From contig NC_091291.1 in NCBI RefSeq assembly GCF_032444005.1, positions 137,020,001-137,084,000 on the forward strand: 64,000 nucleotides of DNA. The letters are read 5' to 3'. The notes beneath the pieces were generated by a model. The model did not search any database. It saw only the letters and a list, made by a program, of their open reading frames with translations, and had not been told where the DNA came from. Both the position numbers and the translations under genes were made by a program. Position 1 is the first letter of the stretch. The number at the start of each line of letters is the position of its first letter. This document shows positions 45,566-57,500 of this stretch, piece after piece. This stretch comes from Ranitomeya imitator. Taxonomy: Eukaryota.

Positions 45566-48500
45566 CTGACCGAACAACGTAAAAGACTATATCAGCAGAG
45601 GGTATTATAGGGTTAACTATATATTATAAAAAATCCCAAGCAATGGCCAGCCGTGGCAGAGCACAGAGGAAGCTGAACATTTCCAGCTAGCATCCAACTG
45701 GAAAGGACACCCAGAGGAAAACTGGCAGAGGAGGTCAGTGACCAGAAACATTGGCTGACCGCTCCCGACACGCCCTTTATGGCTCCTCCCACACATCCTT
45801 TCCAGCTGGATGCCAGACAGCTCCACACCCGGCTGCTTTATTCCCCCCAGTCTTATGGTACAGACCTGTTTGACTTCCCCCCGATGAAGGACATGCTCTT
45901 GTTTCCAATCGGCTGCTTCGCTTTCTTTGAAGAGGGATTTTTCTGCATGAAAAAAAAAAAGAAGTTTTGCTGTCAAAAGTCACAACTGAGGGGCAGCGAT
46001 TATGGTTGGAGTAGAGCAGATCTCACCTTCCCTTGTGGGGGATTCTGCTGGTTGGGGTCAAAGTCAGTCTGAGCCTTCACATTGCTGCTGCCTGTGGGGA
46101 CAAGAAGACGTGCGGCTGAGATGTAAAGGTCGAAGGGCAGCGCCACAAGTCAGGGCAGCGCCGGACCCCACCCCGTCCCCCTGTAGAACATGTGATGCCC
46201 CCTCCTCAGCTGCTTCCCACCGTATCCTGTACTTCAGCACCAACCTGCAAATACTTTGAAGTTTGATTTGCTGTAGTCAAATGGTGTAAACTGGGTCTGA
46301 ACCACCGACTCCACTGCCTCTTCTGAGTGTTTGGAGCGCTTCTTGTCTGCTCTGGGCGTCTCTGTGCCCGGGTCACTAATCACACGTTCACGCTTCATGC
46401 TGACATCTTCCTGCTGAAGGAGAAGTCACAAGAAAGTTAAGAATCTTAAAGTACAGCTCTGGAGTATAATGTAGTAATGTATGTACACAGTGACTGCACC
46501 AGCAGAATAGGGAGTGCAGCTCTGGAGTATAATACAGGATGTAACTCAGGATCAGTAATGTATGTACACAGTGACTGCACCAGCAGAATAGTGAGTGCAG
46601 CTCTGGAGTATAATACAGGATGTAACTCAGGATCAGTAATGTAATGTATGTACACAGTGACTGCACCAGCAGAATAGTGAGTGCAGCTCTGGAGTATAAT
46701 ACAGGATGTAACTCAGGATCAGTAATGTAATGTATGTACACAGTGATTGCACCAGCAGAATAGTGAGTGCAGCTCTGGGGTATAATACAGGATGTAACTC
46801 AGGATCAGTAATGTAATGTATGTACACAGTGACTGCACCAGCAGAATAGTGAGTGCAGCTCTGGGGTATAATACAGGATGTAACTCACCATGACTTGTTC
46901 GCGCACAGATTTCACATTTGCAGCGTTATTCTTAAACTCCAATTTGGCTTTTTCTCGAGCATCTGTTAAGGATAAAATCACAATAAGACACTGCAGGCAG
47001 CGCGGGTCGGGTCGCTGATCACAGGGGTCACGGACAGTGAGCACCTTTGTCCGCCTGCCTCTTCTGTCTGGCCTCCTCCTTGGCCCGGGCCTCCCGCTCC
47101 TGCTGCGCGATGCTCACCAGTTTCCAGCGGTTACTGATCTACGAGGGAGGAGACGACGCGACTCAGTCCTGACCGATGGGGGCGCCGCACACAACACCTT
47201 GCACTACTCACCTCAAACATCTTCGTGTTGGGGTCCAACTTTGCAGCTTGCGAGGCGTGAGCCCCCCGGATATCAGATGGAAGGAACTGAAGGAGAGGGA
47301 CGGGTTAACCCTTAATAGACCTCTTATTCTTTTCCATGCTCAGGATGTTTGCCGTCAGTGAATGGAGACCACAGGGATTAAGGCCGGACAGATCGATCTC
47401 TGCTCACACAAATATGGATTCACTGTCAGCAAGCAGAGATCTTGACAAGGAAAATCTAATTTTGTAAGCCTCCTTGTTATTTGCCATTTATGGCAGTCAT
47501 AGGTGGTGGACCCTATGTGTCCCCCCCATTCCAGGAATCCCTAACTCCCAGTTATGGAAACGGCCATTTTTAAAATCTATATTTGCTGACATATGTGGAT
47601 CTGACACAAGAGCAGCGCTCATGACCCGACATCTGGCACTGTGCACGGAGCGACCGGCCTGTATCATGGGGCTTGATTAGTGCAGGCTCAGGATCTAGAT
47701 GTGAATATTACCATTCACTGACAGCAAAGATCCGAAGAAAGACAAGAAATGCAGAAAATTGCAGAATGTGCAGCCCTTGAAGGGCCGAGACGTCTCACCA
47801 TGCGGAAAGGGTTGTCAAACGACTCCAGTATACTCCTGGCCTTCAGCTGGGGCGGGGAGAGTCCATCAATCTTATCACCACCATCTTCAGGGTCCTAGAA
47901 AAAAACATCACGGACATTCTCAGGCCATTGGAAGACTCCAGGAGCAGTTTAGGTCTCTCAAAGGCACATTTCAAAGGCACCCCATACAGGAGGTGCAGGA
48001 CTACGGGGTGCGGAGCAGGACAAACTCAGCGCGAGACTCTGCTGCCACCTATTGGATGTAGGAATCCTGACATTCGGTAAGGACCTTCAAGGTCCGGGTC
48101 ACATGACGTAGGACGTAACCCCTCAATGACGCTCCATCTTCCAATAGGTGGCATTACAGACCCAGTTTTCTTCCTCTCAGTAGGGTATTTGCATATTTTT
48201 TTTTATCACAGGGAGCAGTGCATGGCCTATAAGTCTCCGTATTCCAGATTGGTGGTCTCAGAGGGGTTGTCTCCATTCAGAAAACTGTTCCTTGTATTCA
48301 CGGCACGAGCCGATTGTAAAAAAAAAACATAATTCAGCCAATGAACTGTACATATAGGGACAAGTTTTCTGAAAGAAGACACCCCCTTTAAGCAGACGCT
48401 CAGTAGGCTCCTGTGGGACTCTTTGCCGTGCTCCACTTACACTGAAGATGGTGATGGCGGCCTCGGGGCGCACGGAGACCGGACTATGTGTTGCCGGAGG

Positions 48501-51500
48501 GTCAGGATCCTCGTCACTGAACAGGCTGCCGGCGGAGACTTCTACAACTGAAGAAAAGTAGAGGCTGTTACAGGATTCACTTATTTTCCAGTATCACGTG
48601 TGCCCATACAGAGCTCATGGTGGGCTTCCCCCGGCAGTGGTGGAGTGACGGCGCATGTCCTTGGACAAAGGCGGTGAGCACCAAGTCTACAGCGAGTGCA
48701 GCACAACCCCGAAACACAAGTCCCTTACCTGCCCCAGGCAGGACCAGCTGCCCCATCGGAGATTTGGACAAATCGTGAGGACCAAACAGGAGACTCTCCA
48801 TTCTCTGCGGGAGAGAAGGACTGTAGTTACTGCTCATCGGTCACTAGGAGGCAGTAGTTACCACATAGAGGAATCGTCCTACCTCAATGTTCGGCATTGG
48901 GCCCTTCTTTTTTGCAGAACTTGTTTCAGACTATGTGAAAAAAAAGGCAAGAGAATGAAAATGGTCCAATCCAAAAACCAAGCAAACATTAAAGTGAATG
49001 TCCAGTGTAGATTATGTCACCTCTCTTAAAAGGAAGATTAGCTACTTATCCCCTCTCTCGAATTAAGGGTCCAAGCCTAGAACTTCTTCCAATGCCAAGA
49101 ACCTGGGCTCTGGAGACCCCTACGTGATATAGCGAAGGTCAGTCACATGCACCGCTGCTCCAATCATTGTCTAACGGATAACTTTGGCCCTCTCATAATG
49201 AATGGAATGAAAGCGCACATGATCAACCTCCACTTTATTCATATGGAGGTCTTAATAGCCCAGGTTCTTAGGATCAGTGGGGGAACCAGCGGTTGAACCC
49301 CCACTGGGAGATTGGGGTATTTCTATGTTTGGAAGGTATCCCCCAACAGGATACTTTAAGGGATGAGGGCAGCAAGTCCATGCTTTTCTCCACGTCCCCC
49401 ACTAGGGGAGCTCAGTGGACTGTATACCCTATAGCGCTCTCTAGTGTTAGGCTACTTTCACACTAGCGTCGGAATCTCCCCGTCGCAATGAGTCGGGCAG
49501 AGATTCCGACGCTAGCGTTTAACGCACTGCACAACGGAGGCAGCGGATGCATTTCTCCGGCGCATCCGCTGCCCCATTGTGAAGTGCGGGGAGGTGGGGG
49601 CGGAGTTCCGGCCGCGCATGCGCGGTCGGAAAAAGCGGTCCGTCAGGAGCAAAAAACGTTACATGTAGCATTTTTTGCTCCCGACGGTCCGCCAAAGCAT
49701 GACGCATCCGTCGCACGACGGATGCGACGTGTGGCAATCCGTCGTCAATACAAGTCTATGGGGAAAAAAACGCATCCTGCAAGCACTTTTGCAAGATGCG
49801 TTTTTTCTGCAAAACGACACATTGTGACGGATTGCAGTTAACGCTAGTGTGAAAGTAGCCTTTGCTGGAGATTTTAGCCTCAGGATCTGATTGACCTCAA
49901 TGTAATTCATGTAGAAATTCACAATGCAAAGAAGACCTTAGTAGCCAAATTGACAATTCTAGTAGCCAAAGAGAAGTTATCTAAATCATTAGAAAAAAAA
50001 AAAAACATTATTCCTTATACCTTCATTAATGGCTTCTCCCGAGCTTGCTGGATGAGAATAATCAATTCATTAATCTGTTGTCTCACAAGGGGAGGAACTG
50101 GATTACAACAAGCGATTATCCCCTGGGGTTCCCTAGAAAAATAAAAAACATCACAATTCTAGACATCAGGAACCAAGATATTGCAAAAAAAAAAAAACAT
50201 GTAGAAAGCAAGCAGAGGTGGAGAGTGCAGGAGCGGCCCCACACGAGGCGAGGCCATACAGTCACCACACGCAAATAGGATTGTGCTCATTAACTACAGA
50301 CAGTGTCAGGTCGGTGCAGTTATACTGATCACAATGACACCTGGTGACAAAATCCGCCTTGTGGTTGTGGTTTCATCTCTATTTCAAATTTTCAGTTAAT
50401 GATATGCCCGTGCTCCGTGTGGGAAGGGGGGGGGGGTCCTTCATGTGGCGCTTTGGCCTCATCGTCTTCATTCTGGCTTAAATGACAACTCGCTGATCCT
50501 TTAGTGACTGGCGTCCTAGTCTAAATCCTGCACTTGCACAGTTAATATTGTGGTGTTGAACAGAAAAAAATTGACTCCATCATGATGGCGTCGGTGCATG
50601 CGCAGTAGCATCAAGCAAAGCAATTCTCTTCCTCTGTGCGAGCCCTGCCCACAGGTATCACTAATCAGTATAACGGCGCAGACCTGACACTGTCTGTAGT
50701 GACTGAGCACAATCCTGCTGTCGGGGGCACGTTAATAGCTCTGCTTGCGGTTTCTTAACAGAAATCGGACATTTTTAAATCTAAGCTTTCACTTACTTGG
50801 GAATTTCCTCTGAGATTTTCATCAACATGTGGTTGGGAAGGACATAACTGAAAGATAAAAGAAAATGGCAGAAATAAAGCAGAGGGCGTCCAGAAATAAG
50901 CTCCCAGCCACTACAAGCATACGGACATCCTCACCCCGTGCTTTCGTCTTCCTGTCGCGCCATCTTGTCTCTCCAGGCAAAGAGAAGGCGGAAGGCAGCC
51001 AACTGCTGAGTGTTCAGATGTCTCTTTAACTTTTGGTAAAGCTCAAGGTAGGAATCCTCCGTAAAGATGGGCTTCATAAACCTCTATAACGAGCACAGAA
51101 AACAACGTCATAGAGGGTCATAATTACAATAATACTGCCCTTATGTACAAGAATATAACTACTATAATACTGCCCCCATGTACAAGAATATAACTACTAT
51201 AATACTGCCCCTATGTACAAGAATATAACTATTATAATACTGCCCCTATGTACAAGAATATAACTACTATAATACTGCCCCCATGTACAACAATATAACT
51301 ACTATAATACTGCCCCCATGTACAAGAATATAACTACTATAATACTGCTCCTATGTACAAGAATATAACTACTATAATACTACCCCTATGTACAAGAATA
51401 TAACTACTATAATACTGCCCCCATGTACAACAATATAACTACTATAATACTGCCCCCATGTACAAGAATATAACTACTATAATACTACCCCTATGTACAA

Positions 51501-54500
51501 GAATACAACTACTATAATACTGCTCCTATGTACAAGAATACAACTACTATAATACTGCCCCTATGTACCGGAATATAACTACTATAATACTGCTCCTATG
51601 TACAAGAATATAACTACTATAATACTGCTCCTATCTACAAGAATATAACTACTATAATACTGCCCCTATGTACAAGAATATAACTACTATAATACTGCTC
51701 CTATGTACAAGAATATAACTACTATAATACTGCTCCTATGTACAAGAATATAACTACTATAATACTGCCCCTATGTACAAGAATATAACTACTATAATAC
51801 TGCTCCTATGTACAAGAATATAACTACTATAATACTGCCCCCTATGTACAAGAATATAACTACTATAATACTGCTCCTATGTACAAGAATATAACTACTA
51901 TAATACTGCCCCCTATGTACAAGAATATAACTACTATAATACTGCTCCTATATACAAGAATATAACTACTACTATAATACTGCTCCTATGTACAGGAATA
52001 TAACTACTATAATACTGCCCCTATGTGATCACATTACTCTTCACCTTCAGACAGATGTCTTTGCTCTTCTGCCAGACGAGGAGGAGGACGTTGCGCTGAC
52101 CATTGTCTACATTCAGCAGCTCCGTCCTCATCCTGTCGTAGATGTGCAGCAGGTAGTGGGTATCGGCTCTGGCATACTGAAGCATTTCTTCTGGCAGTGG
52201 TCTGTAAATTAGATGCATCTCATTAGGATCATGGGTGTCCTAACCAATGAAGTGAGGGAAGGCAGTGGAGCTCCTTACCGAATTCTCCAGTCAGCGAGCT
52301 GGTATTTCTTATCAGACTCCACATTACAGTAGTGTCGGAGCAGATGGTCCAGAGAGTTCCTCCCCAGGTTGAGCAGACGAGATGCTTGATGGGTATCAAA
52401 CATGTTCACAATGTACAAACCAAAATCCTTCTGGAGCCACTCAATGTCCGAATCTGCACCATGCAAAACCTACAGGATCAAGAGATCAAGTTATGTTACT
52501 TATCCTGTATTATACTCCAGAGCTGCACTCACTATTCTGCTGGTGCAGTCACTGTGTACATACATTACATTACTGATCCCGAGTTACATCCTGTATTATA
52601 CTCCAGAGCTGCACTCACTATTCTGCTGGTGCAGTCACTGTGTACATACATTACATTACTGATCCTGAGTTACATCCTGTATTATACTCCAGAGCTGCAC
52701 TCACTATTCTGCTGGTGCAGTCACTGTGTACATACATTACATTACTGATCCTGAGTTACATCCTGTATTATACTCCAGAGCTGCACTCACTATTCTGCTG
52801 GTGCAGTCACTGTGTACATACATTACATTACTGATCCCGAGTTACATCCTGTATTATACTCCAGAGCTGCACTCACTATTCTGCTGGTGCAGTCACTCTG
52901 TACATACATTACATTACTGATCCCGAGTTACATCCTGTATTATACTCCAGAGCTGCACTCACTATTCTGCTGGTGCAGTCACTGTGTACATACATTACAT
53001 TACTGATCCTGAGTTACATCCTGTATTATACTCCAGAGCTGCACTCACTATTCTGCTGGTGCAGTCACTGTGTACATACATTACATTACTGATCCCGAGT
53101 TACATCCTGTATTATACCCCAGAGCTGCACTCACTATTCTGCTGGTGCAGTCACTGTGTACATACATTACTGATCCTGAGTTACATCCTGTATTATACTC
53201 CAGAGCTGCACTCACTATTCTCCTCTATATATCACCCCGTTTATCAGTTCACTGCTACTGAAACAGCTGGTGACAGATGTCAGCCCCCTATAAGCCTCTC
53301 CCTCGGGGTCTGACCTTGACGATGGCGGGGTCGGTGAAGCTCTCGTTCAGGATGTACAGGTCGCTGCGCAGCTCCAGGACGTCGATGATGTAGTCGTCTG
53401 TGCGGGTGGAGATCTGCATGAGGCAGGTGAGACCCAGGAAACTTCTGTACGAATGATGCTGTGGGATGAAGTCATTAGTAATACTCTCTGCCCCCGACTC
53501 CCCAGCGTCGCCTCCTGACAATCCCCCCGGGGTCTTCTCACCTCCAGATCTATGGCAAACTCCGAGCACCGCAGCAACTTCTCATTCAGCTGCACCAGAT
53601 CGTCCAGCGTGGTGATCAACTGACAGGACGACTCGCTCAGGGGGCAGGAGGGCTGGAGACAAGAGCCCGCAGTGTAAAGCATGGCGGCTTGTATCATTAC
53701 TCATATACCCAGTCGCCCGTCTACGTACATACGCGCCTCTACCCTACACCTAAACCGAGGCTCATACTGAAGAGAACACAGGCCCCTGGGAAATCCGTCC
53801 TCCATACTTTACACTGCAGGCTGAACTTAGAACTAACTTTTTTCTCTAAATGTCATTGCATAGCAGAAGTTTTATTCTGTCTTATTGCCCCATTAGGCGA
53901 TATATGGTGCATGAAGCCCCCAGGTCTCCCCACACCCACCTGGATCTCCGGCACTTTTAGGGACGACTCCACGGGGACAAAGTGATCCAGTTCATACTGA
54001 TAGGGGTGCGAGAACCTATAAAATGCAACAACCGGAAGTGAGCACAATGCAGCAACTGACAGCAGCCAGCTGATAAAGGAGACAATAGCGGGGACCCCGG
54101 CCTGCTGCTTACACGTCTTCCTCGGGCTGCTCCATCCTCTGCTGATGGATGAAGTCGGCGAGAGCCGCGGGGACGTTCCGGTCTTCAGGACGCTGCTGTC
54201 TGTCCCTCCTGGTCCTGAGAACTAAAAACAGTGAGATTAAAAGTCTGCAGTCCTGAGCGGACATATGTGTCTCCATGGCAACAGACTACAGACAAGCCCT
54301 GTGTAGTCTGGAATGACACCCTTCCAACAGCACCACTTTACTCCCCGTCCTTTAACCCCTTCACGACACGCTCCGTACTAGTACGGCGCATGTCGTGTCT
54401 CCCCCTTTGATGCGGGCTCCGCCGGTAAGCCCACATCAAAGTCGCGACATGTCAACTGTTTCATACAGCTGACATGTGCGTGCAATAGCAGCGGGTGAAA

Positions 54501-57500
54501 TCGCGATTCACCCGCTGCTATTAACTAGTTAAATGCCACTCAAACGCTGACAGCGGCATTTAACTGTTGCTTCCGGCCGCGCAGCCGGAAATGAGCGCAT
54601 CGCCGACCCCTGTCACATGATCGGGGGTCAGCGATGCGTCGGCATAGTAACCAGAGGTCTCCTTGAGACCTCTATGGTTACTGATGCCGGCCTGCTGTGA
54701 GCGCCACCCTGTGGTCGGCGCTCATAGCAACCCTGTAATTCAGCTACATAGGAGCGATCTAGTGATCGCTCCCATGTAGCTGAGAAGGTCGAGTTGTGCC
54801 TGCTTCTAGAGTACCATGGAGGCTATTGAAGCATGGCAAAAGTGAAGAAAAAAAAAAAAAATGTTTTAAAAAAATATGGGAAAAAAAAAAAAAAGTTTAA
54901 ATCACCCCCCTATCGCCCCATCCAAATAAAACAAAATTGAAAAAAAAAAAAAAAAAATCAAAACCTACACATATCTGGTATCGCCGCGTTCAGAATCGCC
55001 CGATCAATAAAAAAAAAAAAAAAAAGGATTAACCTGATAGCTAAACAGCGTAGTGAGAAAAAAAAATTCGAAACACCAGAATTACGTTTTTTTTGGTCGC
55101 CGCAACAGTGCATTAAAATGTAATAACGGGCGATCAAAAGAATGTATCTGCACAAAAGTGGTATCAAAAAACTCCAGCTCGGCATGCAAAAAAAATAAGC
55201 CCTCACCTGACCCCAGATCCTGAAAAATGGAGACGCAACGGGTATCGGAAAATGGCGCAATTTTTTTTTTTCACCACTTAGATAAAAAATAACCTAGACA
55301 TGTTTGGTGTCTATGAACTCGTACTGACCTGGAGAATCATAATGTCAGGTCAGTTTTAGCATTTAGTGAATCTAGCAAAAAAGCCAAACAAAAAACAAGT
55401 GTGGGATTGCACTTTTTTTTTTTGCAATTTCACCGCACTTGGAATTTTTTTTCCCGTTTTCTAGTACATGACATGCTAAAACCAATGATGTCATTCAAAA
55501 GTACAACTCGTCCCGCAAAAAAATAAGCCCTCACATGGCCAAATTGATGGAAAAAATAAAAAAGTTATGGTTCTGGGAAGCGAAAAACGAAAACAAAAAA
55601 AGGCTGCGGCGTGAAGGGGTTAAGGCAGCGCCCTCTATTCTCACCTTCTGGCAGCGGCTTCTGAGCGTTGGGTTTCACGAAGATTTTGGGGACGAACGGG
55701 GTGTTGGAATTATCGATCTTCTCCTTGAATCTGAGCTGCGGTCGGGGGATGTTCTTGGCGTGCAGCAGTCGGAAAGTCTCCGCTTTGCCTTTCTTGCTGG
55801 AGTCGCTGCCCTATAGACGAAGAAGTGGAAAAATCAGCTACTGTGGACACTCCAGCTCACCTACTCTGTCCTGCCTCCATGCTTTACACTGCAGCTTTTC
55901 TTGCCTCTATAATTCCTCACCTTCCGATTCCAGCTGGAGACGATGGTCTTCGGGGCCTGCAGGCCAGCAGGGAGGATCGGCTGTTGACTCCGGTTCACAC
56001 CAGCAGCTTCATCAAGTAAAATTCCCTGAAATTAAAAATCTCTTTAATTCCCCATCCCCTCAGCAGCAGCAGCGGGGGGTCTGCGGACGGCAGAACTCAC
56101 CACTCTCTCCAGCACGGCATCGTTGGCGTCCACTAGCAAATCAAATTTATCCTCCAGCGCGGAGACCTGGCTGCGGTCCTTGATATGACTGCGGCAGCCA
56201 TGATACTGCATGATCTGGCTCATACTATCGGGAGAGACACGAAAGGAGTGAGGACAGGGGCCGCGCATGCTCCATCTGCCGATTATATTAGTATGGGAGG
56301 TCTGAATACAGTGGAGGACAGGGGCCGCGCATGCTCCATCTCCCCACATCCAGGTGCTGTAAGTCTGTATACAGCAGAGGGGCCGTGCATGCTCCATCTC
56401 CCCACTTATTGGTATGGGGGGTCTGAACACAGTGGAAGACAGGGGCCGCGCATGTTCCATCTGCCGATTATATTACTATAGGAGGTCTGAATACAGTAGA
56501 GGACAGGTGGCCGCACATGCTCCATGTGCCAATTATATTAGTATGGGTGGTCTGAATACAGTAGAGGACAGGGGGCCGCGCATGCTCCATCTGCTGATTA
56601 TATTAGTATGGGAGGTCTGAATACAGAGGACAGGGGCCACGCATGCTCCATCTACCGATTACCGTATATTACTATAGGAGGTCTGAACACAGTGGAGGAC
56701 AGGGGGCCGCGGATGCTCCATCTACCGATTATATTACTATAGGAGGTCTGAACACAGTGGAGGACAGGGGCCGCGCATGCTCCATCTGCCGATTATATTG
56801 GTATGGGAGGTCTGAATACAGTGGAGGACAGGGGCCGCGCATGCTCCATCTGCTGATTATATTAGCATGGGAGGTCTGAATACAGTGGTACAGTGGAGGA
56901 CAGGGGCCGCGCATGCTCCATCTGCCGATTATATTAGTATGGGAGGTCTGAATACAGTGGAGAACAGGGGGCCACGCATGCTCCATCTGCCAATTATATT
57001 AGTATGGGAGGTCTGAATACAGTGGAGGACAGGGGCCGCGCATGCTGCATCTACCGATTATATTACTGTAGGAGGTCTGAATACAGTGGAGGACAGGGGC
57101 CGCGCATGCTCCATCTGCCGATATTAGCATGGGAGGTCTGAATACAGTGGAGGACAGGGGCCGCGCATGCTCCATCTGCCGATATTAGCATGGGAGGTCT
57201 GAATACAGTGGAGGACAGGGGCCGCGCATGCTCCATCTGCCAATTATATTAGTATGGGAGGTCTGAACCCAGTGGAGGACAGGGGCTGCGCATGCTCCAT
57301 CTGCCGATTATATTAGTATGGGAGGTCTGAATACAGTGGAGAACAGGGGGCCACGCATGCTCCATCTGCCAATTATATTAGTATGGGAGGTCTGAATACA
57401 GTGGAGGACAGGGGCCGCGCATGCTGCATCTACCGATTATATTACTATAGGAGGTCTGAATACAGTGGAGGACAGGGGCCGCGCATGCTCCATCTGCCGA

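Noticed and set aside
48577-48837. ORF extending EXOSC10 exon 16 in frame via a possible 42-bp intron to an alternative exon at 48581-48686
   Set aside because: The intron would be implausibly short and the peptide has no similarity to EXOSC10; the exon at 48441-48547 fits the expected size, phase and sequence.
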